Part shown: one piece after another, positions 1 through 13,454 of the stretch
Layout of the letters: every line of letters starts with the position of its first letter
How positions within the stretch are numbered: position 1 is the stretch's first letter
Origin: Octopus bimaculoides
Taxonomy: Eukaryota
Direction of reading: 5' to 3'
Length of the DNA: 64,000 nucleotides
NCBI RefSeq assembly: GCF_001194135.2
Contig: NC_068992.1
Span: 7,118,628 to 7,182,627 of the forward strand
Notes under the pieces: generated by a model
What the model was told of the DNA's origin: nothing
The model's database searches: none
The model's input: only the letters and a program-made list of their open reading frames with translations
Made by a program: the position numbers and the translations under genes

Positions 1-310
1 TAGAGATGATGTCTTGATAAAAATACCTTAGGAGTAGATGGGTTTACTTATTGCCCAGCTTCGCACTCCTACCTAGCTTACTGGCTTGAATAGAGGCTGA
101 TTTATCAGCCTTGTTTTCTGGCAAAGGCTTTGAATCCTGGTCTTAACCTATGATGAGGTCCATTATCTTGTTCATTTGGCCTTCATGTTTCTCTGTTCTT
201 GTTGTTGATCTAGGTGAGCGTACCGGATTGCGTAGTTTTCTGGTTGCTACTTCTGACTGGTAGTTAGGTGCCCAATCTTTCTGGTAGCGCATGGAGGGGT
301 TGCTCTATCA
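1..310 (-). mobile_element. Possible decayed retroelement coding remnant (unclassified)
   Basis: More GC-rich than its surroundings. One minus-strand frame reads SNPSMRYQKDWAPNYQSEVATRKLRNPVRSPRSTTRTEKHEGQMNKIMDLIIG*DQDSKPLPENKADK, but no diagnostic motif is recognised. Confidence 0.2.
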
Positions 311-3300
311 ACAGTTGAGAGAGAGAGAGAGAAAGTCTGTGCGTATCTAAAAAAACTAATATATGTTTCTGATGGGTATCCTTCATTGGATCTAATCAAT
401 AAAGAAGAGAAAAAAACTAACCTCAATAACTGACTATTTGCAGGTGAAAAAACACAGAACGTACATGTTGGACCAGATGCAGGGCTTTTGACATGATGTA
501 TTTACTGATACACTGGGTATTAAGAACATGAAAGAAATATTGAAGGGCAAAAAAACCTCATTTTATTGTTGAAATCTTTATTAACGTAAGAAATTGTTGA
601 TGTGTTTCACAAAATAATTGTTGTTCTGTCCCACTATGTGGCACCTTAGGAAGTATCTTTTACCATAGCCCCAAGACAACCAAAGACTTGTGCAGGAGTT
701 TGATTGATGGAAACTGAAAGAAGCTTGTTGTGTGTGTGGTGTGTGTGTATATATGTATGCATGTGTGTTTTGTGCATTTCTTCCTCCTTTTCTTGATATT
801 GCATTGTAGATGTAAATGGGTGGATTTATTAGACAAGTGGATTTATTCATTTCCAATCATCCATGAAATCATGTCCAGCCATAGAAAAATCTGCCCCATT
901 GAATTTTTACTGACCCCATGCACACATGGAACGGCAGGCATTAAAATGATTATGATGATTGTAATTATTTATGAGAATTATGCAATGAAGATATAAAAAA
1001 AAAATTATGCAGTATTGGTGTTTGCTGCATTTATTTATACATTATATAATGTATTCTGTTAAATTTTATCATGTTTTGTTTAATATTTGCATCAGAAATA
1101 ATTATTTCATCTGAGTACCCAGTACGGCAGTGATCAAGTATTTAACTGGCTGGAAACATTCATTGTTCGCCACTCTCCTTTACTCCCTCTTTCTATTTCT
1201 CTGTTACTTTTATATACACACACGCTTTCTCTCCCTCAAGACATTCTAATTTCTATACTGAAAGCATTGCATACAGACAATGGCTATATATATAATATCT
1301 ACAGTTATATCCGCAAGGAATTCAGTATTGAATTTTTAAATAGTAAAATCTATAATGCAGATAACTATTTTTCATTGCTTAACTATGAAAGGATAGATCT
1401 AGTGGGAAAACAATGTTTGTCATAATTTGGTGGGTTTCTGCTACCTACAGAGACCAGTAATATATTGGGTTTGATTTAATCACATATACCTGCACTCCCA
1501 CTAGAGAATTGTCATTGCATCTATCAAAAGACATTATTTCCAGAAACTAGAAGTAAATCTTCATTATTTATTCAGTACAGTGTTGCAATGATACACTTCA
1601 ACTCCTTCAACCAAAACAAGTTCAAACAAGTTAAACATAACTACAAATTCTGCTTTCTGCAGGCATTATTTCCCATTCTACCTTGCTGGAAATTAATTAC
1701 CAGTTCCATTTGTTGTTATTGGTTACTTAATCCGAAAAGAATTTCATCCAAGAATGATGCAATTCTGTAGACCTATTCAAACCATGCCAACTTATGCCAG
1801 TAATATGACAAAATAAAATATAATGGCTTCTTTTCAATAATGTTAGCAGTAGATTATAGAAAGCCAACTATACACATGAAGGTGCTTTGTTTGGATTTTA
1901 CAGTATCTGGTTTAGTTTCAGAATTCTAATCCTTCTGAGATCAATTTTCATTTCGTTTTACTTTGATGTATAAATGACAACAATATACTAGTGTCAGGAC
2001 AATCAATTATATTCCTTTCTCAAAGAAAATATATATATAAAACAATTTGGTTTAATATGTTGTAAAAATAAACTGTAAATTGATAGCATGCATTTCATCT
2101 TATGTTAATCTCTTAATTAAAAATTTGTGGTTGTTGATGTTACACCCCAGATTAGCCTCAATCTAGGAAACCTATGTTTGAAAGCATTCCATTTATTATC
2201 GTCTCAACAATATTTTTATTTTTTCAGGAATAATATACCTAGTACTGCATTACTCAATGTGTGCTTCCTTGTTAAAGATGATAGAGTATGGTGTAAGGAA
2301 GATTTGCATGCTGCACATGACTACATAAAAAACTTTCACTGACTTTAAAAAATTATGTCACCTTACCATCATAAATGGGGATGGACATATTGAATAACAT
2401 TAATAATTCTGGAAATAATGGTTTCAACTTTTGGTACAAGGCCAGCAACTTTAAGAGAGGGGCTAAGTCGATTACATGAACCCCAGTGTTCATTTCTTTC
2501 TAGTCTACTCAGTTCTCATCATTCAAAGTTCATGTCTCACTAACATTCAGTATCACAGTTCTAACACATGCATCAGATAATGTCCTTCACTCTGAGAGAA
2601 AAGACCTTTTTTTGCCAGCAGTGGTAGTATCTTTCGGAACTTTCTCCAACCATTCTTATATAGATACATATTTATATAAGTTATCAAGCTGCACTTATAA
2701 AATTTAATGATGCAAAACCTAAAATTTATAATAATAATAATATGAACCAAGTTAAATAATAGATAAATATTCATGATCACATTAGAAGGAAATAAAGACT
2801 GCAATAATATTGAAATATAGATCTGATCTACAGTTTAAATAAAAGAAAATTTATATGTTTGAATAATATTTCCACTTGATGTTCATTTGATATGAAGAAA
2901 TACTGACAGGACAAATTTGTTCCATAGTGCAGCTTTCTAATGGCTGGTTACTAAGAGCTCATATATTGATTGGTAGAATAGTAAGGAGTGTAGACTATTA
3001 AGCATCATATGTGACTACACTAAGAAGTATTGTTCTTATTCTAAAGAATGGCCATTTCAATTGTCATTCATCAAAATATTCAATCATTGTTTGATTTCAA
3101 AGCCTATACATCCAGCAGACTTATGTTATCTAGATGTGTCTCTTTCAGCTATTGTCATACATTCATGATCAATAGTTAGAGCTAAAACAAAACGTCCATT
3201 GGTGTTTTCATTTAGATATATATTTTTCTTTTAATGTGGTGGGGCGTTCTTATACTTACTAGACATTTCATTGCCAATAAGAACAAATAGGTATATTATA

Positions 3301-4319
3301 ATAATGTTTTTTGCTTTTATTTTTTCAGTATTAGGCTAAAAAAAAAAAGAAACCACTCTGCAATTGTTCAGCTATTTCAGGTGCAAAACTGAAATTAAGT
3401 ACAAGGGCCAATATAATTGATTACTTTAAACCCCTTATGCTAGTACCCCATTACAGTTGCAATCCATTGACTGCAGTCAGTAAATGTGTTAAAAATACAT
3501 ATATGGGTTTATTTCTATTTCAAATTCATATATTGCACCTATTGAAATAGTATTATTAATACAAATGTCTAATAATATCAGGCGCAGGAGTGGCTGTGTG
3601 GTAAGTAGCTTGCTTACCAACCACATGGTTTTGGGTTCATTATCTGTTTTGGCAGGGTTTTTATGGCTGGATGCCCTTCTTAACACCAACCACTTAACAG
3701 AGTGGACTATATATATTGCACAATGTGAATGCACACTTTTAATGCAGTTCTGAGGAAGTGTCACTCTAATGTTTAAAACCACAAATATTATGCAAATTTT
3801 CACTTTGAACTGTTGTGTGAACTGGCATTGAAAGCAGAGTCGGTACAGAAACAATTGTAACTGATCGTTAAAGATGTGTTAAAGTCTTTCTTTGTTTTCA
3901 TATTCGGATTATATTTTATTCTTTGCAAAACCCACACAATGATTTTAACATCATAAAACCAGGATTTTCTCCACCTGAAGAATTTTGGCATTATTCTGGA
4001 ATCAGCCCAGAGCTCAGAGTGAGTGTTGCATTGGAAATACCCTTTCTGCACTCCTAGGACCTTATATATTATATGATGATGAAGAAGATGATACATGTAT
4101 GTATATGTGTGTGTGTGTATGCACAAATCATCATCATCATCATTAATGTCCACTTTCCATGTTGGCATGGGCTGAATAGTTTGACAGGAGCTGGCAAGCC
4201 AGAAGACTACACTAAATTCTGTCCGTTTTGGCATGATTTCTATTCTTGCAAATCCTTCCTAATGTCACAGTTGCACCTACTGAGGATATGAAAACTTCAT
4301 ATTATGAAGGGACATCAGA

Positions 4320-4910
4320 TTAATTTACCAGGACTCGGTAAATATATGGAGCAGCTTATCATCAAAAGTGTTAATTGGACCATTCCTCTTTGACACTACT
4401 GTGATCAGTTTGTTTACTGGAATTAGCTGTGACAAATATTCAAGAGGACTCTGAAATGTGAAGATTTTATTTCTAGCAAGATAAGACAATTGTACACTAC
4501 CAAAGAAATGAGAGGAGGTTTTTTCCAGACAAGTGGTTTGGATGAAAAGGTTTAATAGAATACTTCACATTCACCAGACAAAACCCCCATGGACATTTTT
4601 TTTTTTTTTCATGAGGATACTTAAAAGATAAAATTTATGACTGTAAAACCAGCAACAGTCAATGAAATGGTGGCAGCCATTGAACAAGAATGCTCACAAA
4701 TACCAAGCAGAATGTTTTTGATGCTTCCGATTCCATTGCTTCATTTTATCAGTAATGCCTAGACCGGAACAATCATCAGTTTGAAAACATGCATACATAA
4801 AAAATTAAAATCTCAGAATATTCTATTAAATTTTGAAGATGAAATGTATCTAAATAGACACTGACTTTATAATCATTCAAAGTATGTATACATTTTGAGG
4901 GATACTCTAC
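4320..4910 (+). mobile_element. Decayed Tc1/mariner-superfamily transposase, C-terminal part
   Basis: Frameshifted translation gives IWSSLSSKVLIGPFLFDTTV, then GYLKDKIY, KPATVNEMVAAIEQECSQIP and HQFENM. These match the VW.G.S...LIGPFFF and WG.LKD.VY..KP..L.EL..AIE patterns of DDE/D Tc1-like transposases. It ends in a TIR-like gggatactctac next to a (TA)n run. Confidence 0.7.
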
Positions 4911-4924
4911 ATATATATATATAT

Positions 4925-4972
<48 letters not shown>
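4911..4972. repeat. (AT)n microsatellite
   Basis: Directly visible. Confidence 0.95.
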
Positions 4973-4975
<3 letters not shown>

Positions 4976-5780
4976 CATGTGTCTGTGTGTGCATGTGTAA
5001 GGTTGTGTGTTTGAAAAATAATAAAACATGTATTGTGTCAACATAAACTTGTTAAAGACCTGCATACAGCTAGGATTTTAAATCAATTTAGAAACTTACA
5101 AGGAAATGTTTAACATTGAAAGGATTCAAAATCAATAGAATGTTTCCATGATATAGATATCAAAGAAGTTGATTTCATAATATATATTATCAGAAAAAAT
5201 CTAGTAGCATTTAAGAAATGTCGACAGCATTCTTTGATTTTCTACACATGCAGCTAAGTTTTATTTTGGCTTTTCTTAACTATTTTTATTCTGAAAATTT
5301 AAGGAAAAAAACGTATAGACTTCTTATGACTGAATTTAAAAGAAGGAAATATCAATGTATAGATGTGTTTATTTTATTTTGGTTTACCCTCTGAAAAATC
5401 AACAAAATATCTTTGCTAAATAAATCAAGAACGGAAAAGAAAATTGAATATAAAGAAATTCATTACAAAAAACAAATTGAATATATGTTAGTGATGTGGG
5501 TTTTATCTGAAGTTTAATATGTCACAAGTATTGATATTGTGACAGAAAAAAGTGGTTTTTCTTCCTGTTTTCAAAACTTATTCAACTATAAAATTAAAAC
5601 TCATTTCACTATTTTAATTGACAATATATGTATGTGTGTTTGTGTTTGTATGTATGTGTCTGGTATGTAGCATTGTATCTACATCTATTTGTATATAGTC
5701 CTGTTTCTAAGCATCATACTGTCTATGAAACAAATAATAGTTCAGTTGATTTCATATTTAGACTTTTCTAATTGCGGCTG

Positions 5781-5967
5781 TTGTTATTTAGTCCTGCACC
5801 AAATAGCAAAGTTATTCTTGCCATGACCATCCCATTTACACTTCAACATATTATATTTAGGACTACATTACTCCAATGTGTCCTTTTTCTTTTTTAAGAC
5901 AGTAAGATGTAATTCAGATGAAATTTGGCTGCTGTTTCTAGTAGTCACATGACCACATGGAAGATCC
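5781..5967 (-). mobile_element. Family D retroposon 3' tail, representative copy
   Basis: Degenerate copies of ttgtttagccccaggtc...gatttggctgctatttctag recur near 9480-9660, 14700-14880, 20400-20585, 22340-22500, 23440-23580, 29760-29960, 38870-39110, 47420-47850 and 48030-48200. Confidence 0.6.
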
Positions 5968-8900
5968 TTTGTATTTTATTTTTGTTTATCAGATTTGCTT
6001 GTGAATACTGACTTGGAGCTAAGCAACAACAACTAATGCTGGTATTTATTTTAACAATCTCAGATGAATAAATATATTTCTACTCTAGTAGGATGTGAAA
6101 TGAGAAATGTGAAACATCAAACCATATAAACTAAAGCATTTTGCTCAAACTCCTTTTCATCTGAACAATATCCATCATTTTCTATCTAGACTAAAGACTA
6201 AAGTAAAGCAATTCAGCTGATCCAGCATATTTCTTTATATTTTATTTTAACTAACTTTTAGTATGAATACAAAGCAAAAAAAAATGCATTGGTATCAAAG
6301 AAATAGCCAGAAGAGTTTAGTGATGTTTTAAACTTTAGATTTCGGAATTTGAGCAAGAACCACTTTGTAATAAGTTTAAAAACGAAACAGTATCCAGCCA
6401 ATGTGGTCAAAGAGATATAAAAACATAAAAGTGTGTTTATATTTATATCATCATCATCCTTTCACATTCGTTTTCCATGCTAGAATGGGTTGAATGGTTT
6501 GACTAGAGCTGGCAAGCTGAAGAGTTGCACCAGGCTCTAGTCTAATTTGGCTTGGCTTCTACAGTTGGATGCCCTTCCTAGTGCCAACCATTTTGCAGTG
6601 TGCGCTGACTGATTTTAATGTGGCACCACATGAGTGCTTTTCCATGGCACTGGCACAGGACTCTTACAGGTCAATCCTCTTCACTGGTGGGAGGGGGCTG
6701 CCTTAACACTGAATGTTAACATGTTTTTCCTATGCTATTGATTTATAGAAAAAGTGGGAGAGATTCTTCTGACAGACCGTTTCCCTGCTTATTCACCTCT
6801 CCTCAAAGAAGACGTAACCAGCTTCCTTCTCCACTCAACAGCATTGGTCAGGAGCAATATAAAGCAGTCATGAATATAAACCAGTCATGGAACATTAGTA
6901 GACAGCACAACTCACATTTGGGCCTATGATGGTTCATAATTAATTTAGAAATATCTTATTTTATGCATAACACAATGTAAATCAGATCTAAAATAAATGT
7001 GAATATTCAAAAGTGTCTCTGTTGCTGCAATGAGAATATAAATATATTCTTTTTATGGTATCAATATGGGAATGAAGGAAGACGGTAGTTTCCTAATGGA
7101 GTATTTCATGGTCTGTTGCCCATTTCTTAGAGAAGATGTACCAGACTTCCTTCTTCATTCAATCAGTCATTACTTCTAGCAAAAGGCTCGAACCTGAAAT
7201 AAGAAGGGGACAGTCAATTATATTGCCCCGTCTTTTGACTTTATTTAATTGATGCCAGAATGATGAAAGGCAAAGTTAACCCCTGGAGGATTTTGAACTC
7301 AGAACATCAGGTGTCGGAACAAATACTGCAAAGCATTTTCTCTGATACTCTAAAGATTATATCAATACACTATCCTGCAGCTGATGATGATGATAACAAA
7401 TTCTAGACAAATTCTGAATCCCAGGAATGGGAAACAAAGCTGCAATGAAAAAGTACCTAAAAATATTTTCATGCTATATGATACAAAAATCTCCATAAAT
7501 TGTTATAGCATTTTTAAAAAATAGAAAAAAAATTAAAATCTTGTTTATTTATTTTTAAAAAAACATTTGATATTAATGATGACTTTAATATCATCATTGC
7601 TGCTATTATTAACTTCATTTTCATTGAATTTTATCAGTTCCATCACATAGAGTATGATTTTGTTTTTGGGGTGTTTTTTGTTCTTTTTCCACATTTTAGA
7701 TTTTTTCCCCAGTTAAAAATGAAAAAAATTCGTTTGTCTGTGTATGTGTGAGTTTGTGTGTTCAGAGCCCCTGTAGCTTCATCATGAAAAGAATGAAAAT
7801 GATAACTTTATTTTAAATGAATAATCGCTCAATAAATAGAAAAGCAGTAAAGATTTATGGATTTGATAAGAAAATAATAATTTTAAATGTTTAAAATATA
7901 TAAACAAATGACACTATATTATATTGGTATGAAACAGTTGGTATTAAATTTTAAATTAATATTCAGAGTTGAAAGTAATATGTATTAAGTTGAGAGAGAA
8001 AAGAAAATTTTCAGCCAAGAAAATTTACAGGAAAGTGCACAGTGAAATGTATTTTATAAAGAAGTTTTAAAGAATATAACCAGATGTAATCAAGTGAATA
8101 TCTAAATGGGAAATTATTGCATAGAAGTCTGATAAGAGTAACAATATAGCTTTTGTAATAACAGCTGTTATTTTTATTTTGTAAGTATTTAGTTAATGAA
8201 TATAAATTAACCAATCAATGTTTCTCTGAATTTTGTCTTTTTTTAAAATTTATCTCAGCTTTTTAGAAGATATATTTTATTTTATTCCTCTGTATGTTGT
8301 GCATATTTAGCTAGTGCTATTACAATCATAGGTTCCTATGTAGTGGAAATGATGGAGGTTTGAGTTTCTTTGTGTTCAGTTTCAGAATAATGCTTCACTA
8401 CACATGACATATGACAGTCAAGATTTCTGAATGTCATTTTAAATAATCTTATTGTCACAAAAATAAAATGATGTTCTTTGATAAGATTCTGAAAACGTTT
8501 ATGTAAACATGAGGTTATTTTTATATAAATATGACAACACAAGTGAACATGTGAAGATCGGGAGTAGAGAGGTAATACTGATGTTGCTCAGAAATGAGAT
8601 AGATATTATCATAGCTGAAATTACATGCAATGAGATGGACAAACAAACTACAAAACTTAGAAGCTAAAGAAATGTAGAAACTATTCTTTCCCTGACAACT
8701 ACTATTCCCTGTTGATATTTGACATAAAGTGTGCAGTAATTTGATGGGTCATTAGAGTATTGTACAAAACACTTACGCTATTTATTTACGACTCTTTATG
8801 TTCTGGGTTCAAATCCCACCAACATCAAATGTGTCTTCCATACTAATGGGATTAATCAAATCACCAGCTAATGTAGCAATTAAATGTTGAGATTCCTTTA

Positions 8901-9879
8901 ATTGATTATATCTTCAACTACTGAAATTGTAACCTTGTGCCAGTTTAAACTAAGCTTAGACATCATGAAATCTGCTTTCTACTTCTCTTTCTAGCCCATT
9001 TTTATGGATCCTTTTCTGTCATCCCTTGATACACTTCCTACACAGTATTCTATTTTATAACTCTAAAAAGTGACCCAACTCTCAATGGCTCTCTGCTCAG
9101 TATATTACAGCAGTTTCAAGGTTACAAATTGGTAGAATTGATAGAACATTATACAAAATGCTGAGTGGTATATTTAGTGGTGTCCCTTTATATTCTGAGT
9201 TCAAATCCTGTCAAGATTGCAAGGCTGATAAAATAAGTACTAGACAAGTACTGGGGTTATTTGTTCTGTGCCAAAGTTAGAAACTAATAAAATAAAATAG
9301 TTTTCAAGTGGTGCATTTTAGTAAGTCATGAGAACATTTAAAAACAAAGTTCTTTATTAACATCTTTCGTAATTAAGAAATTAAGAAGCATAAGATGATG
9401 TACTTGAGTTTTAACTTGACAAGAGAGCTATCTTGTAAATTAATATGGTCTTGAGTCAAGAAGGGAGATTTTATGCAGTGCACTATCCTTCAACTCCCAC
9501 CTTACCATATTTAGAAACTGAACGTGATGGATAATGTCATTTTGAGATGACTATTTCTAAGAAAGAAAATAACATGCGGAATAGTCGCAGCAGGGATGCC
9601 TTTGATCGTAGCTCTGTTGGAATCAGGCTGACTGTGGATTAAACAACAGTAACAACAAATGAAGCTTTTAGGACCTCAGTCAGTTCAATTTGAAATGAAG
9701 AGGCCCTGGGATCACATGTGACAATGGATGGCGGTGGGGGCGGGTACCTTGTCAAATGCTTTCTCCAAATCAAATGAAATCCAGACATAGTGATTTATTT
9801 TTTGACAGGTATTTCTCATTTCTCTTGTAGTTGCCTTACTAGGAAAATTGCATGTGTATTGCCTCTTTGAGAAATAAAA

Positions 9880-10040
9880 CCAAACTCTCATCCAGGTCTA
9901 CTCTGTCATGGATCAATTGGGCTATGAGCTCCTCCATGACCTTCATGACTTGATCTAGAAGTTTAATTCCCCTATAGTTGGCAGTTTACAATGATACTGT
10001 TATACCAATCATTGTGTACGGCATCCTCCTGAATGACTTG
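9880..10040 (-). mobile_element. RTE-clade LINE reverse transcriptase fragment
   Basis: Minus strand reads YRGIKLLDQVMKVMEELIAQLIHDRVDLDE, matching the NYRGI.LL....K motif at the start of the non-LTR RT domain. Confidence 0.8.
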
Positions 10041-10080
10041 ATTAACTATCTGTGCATATATATGCATTTATATATATAGG

Positions 10081-10374
10081 CCTTCGTAGGGTTTTCAAGC
10101 GAGATCGTTGCCAGTGCCCCTGGACTGGCTCTTGTGCGGGTGGCACATAAAAGACACCATTTTGAGCGTGGCTGTTGCCAGTACCGCCTGACTGGCCTTC
10201 GTGCGGGTGACATGTAAAAGCATTCACTACACTCTCTGAGTGGTTGGCGTTAGGAAGGGCATCCAGCTGTAGAAACTCTGCCAAATTAGATTGGAGCCTG
10301 GTGTTGCCATCCGGTTTCACCAGTCCTCAGTCAAATCGTCCAACCCATGCTAGCATGGAAAGCGGACGTTAAAC

Positions 10375-10405
<31 letters not shown>
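10081..10405 (+). mobile_element. Family B retroposon (SINE or 5'-truncated LINE 3'UTR) with (GAT)n tail, young copy
   Basis: The segment ggttggcgttaggaagggcatccagctgtagaaactctgccaaa...ggaaagcggacgttaaac(gat)n is near-identical to the copies at 11764, 37128 and 63673. Confidence 0.9.
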
Positions 10406-11763
10406 CATCTATGTATATGCATATATACATGCATCTGTGTATGTATGTTCATGCATGTATCTAACATAGGCGCACAAACTTTGACTCTCTTTCTTGCCTT
10501 TTCTCTCTATCACCATAACACAACAAATAACCCTTATTCTAGTAATGGATATTAAACAGTTATATTTATTTATTTTTCATCCAGAGATGTATGAAAAGAT
10601 TAAATTCACAATGAATTTCTCTTACTTTTTAAATTACTTTACAAAACTGTTTGAGAAAACGAGCATATATCAAATTTCTTTGCTTGTATCATCTACATAA
10701 TTTTCTGATATAAGCAAAATATTTTTGTTTTCTCTCAAGACACCAGTAAAATTGTATGTTTTCATATAAAATATTGATTGCCTGCTTATCAATTTGTGGT
10801 GCATTATACAGAAGTTTATCACAATCCATAAAGAAAAGAGTATAAATCATATTTAGAAAAAAGAACAAACATCAAAATTCAAAATGGCATCTTTCATTTC
10901 AGTGTAACATTTATCATCATTTGACAGATTTAATCATCCATCCAAAGTGAGGAGTAAAAACAAAGATAAAGTGAAATAGAGCTAATTTAATAACCAGAGT
11001 TAACTCTTATAAGTATTTTGTTGAGTTTGTTGCTGTTATTATTTTTTTTTTTTTTATAGACTGCTTTTATTTTTATTGCTGAGATACTTTTTGTTTTTCT
11101 TTTTTAATTTTTTAATTTTTATTTCATTATTTTATTTATTTTTAGTTTGGATTTTATTAGCTGCAAGAACTAAGATCTTGGTGGTTTAGAAACATTTATC
11201 ATTATCATAGAAAAATGTGTTGCTAATCAGTAGTTCCTCACTGAAGATGGTAAACAAAGTTCATCGTACAACTTTATCTAGTTCAAGATCAAATACAAAT
11301 CAATATAAGAAAATCAAAAGAAAGTTAAAGTACAGAACTACTAGATATTTTTGTTTTGTTTTGGTTTTTTTTTGCTTTTTTGGGGGAAAAAAAAAGATGT
11401 TATATTCCTAACTATTACATCATGGAATAGTCATGATGGCCATTTAAAAGACATGTATGCCATTTCATTTATATCTATTTTCTAAGAGCATTGTTTAATG
11501 GTGATTTCTAACATTAATACAAAGCTTCAAAATTTGAGTGGATAAGCTAGAGCTATCCTGGTTGATAACTGGTAGGCTGAAAGGTAAAGTTGATTTTGGT
11601 AGAATTTGAATTCACAATGTTAGAAAGTATGCAACTAAATACTGCAAGACATTTTAACCATCATTTTAACAATTCTATTAATTCAAAGCCTCCATAATAT
11701 TCTATGTCAAAATCTATACTTCTTGGAAGTCATAAGACAAGAAATAAGTATTTTTCTACATAT

Positions 11764-12127
11764 ACTGGCTCTTGTGCGGGTGGCACATGAGATGCACCAT
11801 TTTGAGCGTGGTCGTTGCCAGTACCGCCTGACTGGCTCCCGTAGGATTTTCGAGTGAGATCGTTGCCAGTGCCCCTGGACTGGCTTGTGCGGGTGGCACA
11901 TAAAAGACACCATTTCGAGCATGGCCGTTTTCGTGCGGGTGACACGTAAAAGCACCCAATACACTCTCTGAGTGGTTGGCGTTAGGAAGGGCATCCAGCT
12001 GTAGAAACTCTGCCAAATTAGATTGGAGCCTGGTGTTGCCATCTGGTTTCACCAGTCCTCAGTCAGATCGTCCAACCCATGCTAGCATGGAAAGCGGACG
12101 TTAAACGATGATGATGATGATGATGAT
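11764..12127 (+). mobile_element. Family B retroposon, young copy
   Basis: Same 3' end and (GAT)n tail as 10081-10405, with an internal modular region. Confidence 0.9.
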
Positions 12128-12323
12128 ACTGTGGGATGTATTTTTTTGTTTTTTGGAGATTTAAATTCTGCTGCTTGTTTTTCATTTACTTAAGTTTTGT
12201 TTATTTCTGTATTATTTTAAACCTTATAGAGTCCTGTTGTGAGAAGTGTTTCTCCTTAGATGTAAACCTGTGGAAATGCTTTATGCCCTACTGGTATCAT
12301 CATCATCATCATCATTTAATGTC

Positions 12324-12536
12324 ATAAGGCAATGAGCTGGCAGAATCATTAGCATGCTGAGCAAAATGCTAAGCGGCATTTTGTCTGTCTTTACATTCTG
12401 AGTTCAAGCTCTACTGAGATCGACTTTCATCATTTTGGGGTCGGTAAATTAAGTACCAGTGAAACACTGGGGTCAATGTGATCAACTAGTCCCCTTGCCC
12501 CTAATTTCAGGCTTTGTGCCTATAGTAGAAAGGATT
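12324..12536 (+). mobile_element. Family C tRNA-derived SINE with 13-bp TSD
   Basis: Head aaggcaatgagctggcagaatc and tail tatagtagaaaggatt. Flanked by atcatttaatgtc at 12311-12323 and 12537-12549. Confidence 0.85.
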
Positions 12537-12931
12537 ATCATTTAATGTCCGCCTTCCATGCTGGCATGGGCTGGACACTTTCACAAAAGCTGACCAAGCT
12601 GCTCTACTCTCTACTTTGGCATGGTTTCATCAGATGGATGACTATCCTAACACCAGCCCCTTTACATGTATTATTGTATTCTAAAGTACTATGTGCATGT
12701 GTGTGTGTGTGTATGTGTGTATTTATAGATACATATATATACACACACATTCACACAGAAAAATGAATGCAGTAGAACCTTTGGTAATGAACATCTGTGG
12801 TTATGAAAACCATGGTGATGAATGTTTTTCCATTAATTTGATAATAAATCAAATCATAGATAGCAACCCCAAAAATCAAAACAATTTAATTAGAAAATAA
12901 TGTAATGATATTTTGCTTTGATGCTTTAAAT

Positions 12932-13194
12932 CAATGATTCCCAACTGGGATCCATATGGCCCTTGGGGGCCCATATAAGATTTTCTTGTTAAAATTTATC
13001 TGCAAATAAACTGCTTATGCTTCTACAATACATAAAATATTTTAACAATTTTTTTATACAATTCCTAATGATATTTGATTGCAAAAATATATGATTTTTT
13101 TAAACATCGAATGGCTATGCGGGTGGGGTGGGGTCTATCCAAGTAAAATAGGAAGCAAAGGGGTCTATAGGTTAGAAATGGTTGAGGAACACTG
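12932..13194. mobile_element. hAT (Charlie-like) MITE
   Basis: Left end caatgattcccaac and the reverse complement of the right end, cagtgttcctcaac, match at 10/14 and resemble CAGTGGTTCYCAAC. The 8-bp TSD is ctttaaat (12924-12931) / ctttaaaa (13195-13202). Confidence 0.75.
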
Positions 13195-13454
13195 CTTTAA
13201 ATAGTATGTTGAATTATTTCCCTTTGTTCAAACTTTTCTTACAATGAAATATACTGAGAAAAATAATTGAAACTAAACAAAGCTTAAAGCAAATAAGAGG
13301 CTTTCAGTTTCCCATGCATGTTATTTGGAACTTGTAGTGTCATTGTGCTTCTGTTTTTTTTGTTTTTTTGCATTTGAACCACTGGAATTTTTCAAAGAAA
13401 TACTTGTATTGTGTGTATGTGTGTTTGGTTTTGTTACGGAAATATTTACCATGC

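Noticed and set aside
444-496. Acceptor followed by xEKTQNVHVGPDAGLLT*, a possible terminal exon
   Set aside because: No homology recognised and any upstream exons would be outside the window, so it cannot be supported.
7070-7160. Possible pre-miRNA hairpin (gaatgaaggaagacggta...taccagacttccttcttcattc)
   Set aside because: The outer stem is bulged, the inner pairing is poor, and no known mature miRNA is recognised.
9880-10405. Minus-strand RT fragment next to a plus-strand family B tail, suggesting a twin-priming inversion
   Set aside because: A TA-rich spacer separates them, there is no shared TSD, and the RT piece comes from far upstream of a 3'UTR. Independent insertions are more likely.
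11764-11950. Palindromic repeated modules superficially like a CRISPR array
   Set aside because: Eukaryotic context, no unique spacers, no cas genes, and the modules are part of a dispersed retroposon.
11707-12052. Recurrent ORFs such as MKPDGNTRLQSNLAEFLQLDALPNANH and MATPGSNLIWQ
   Set aside because: Antisense readings of the family B repeat, recurring wherever it inserts.
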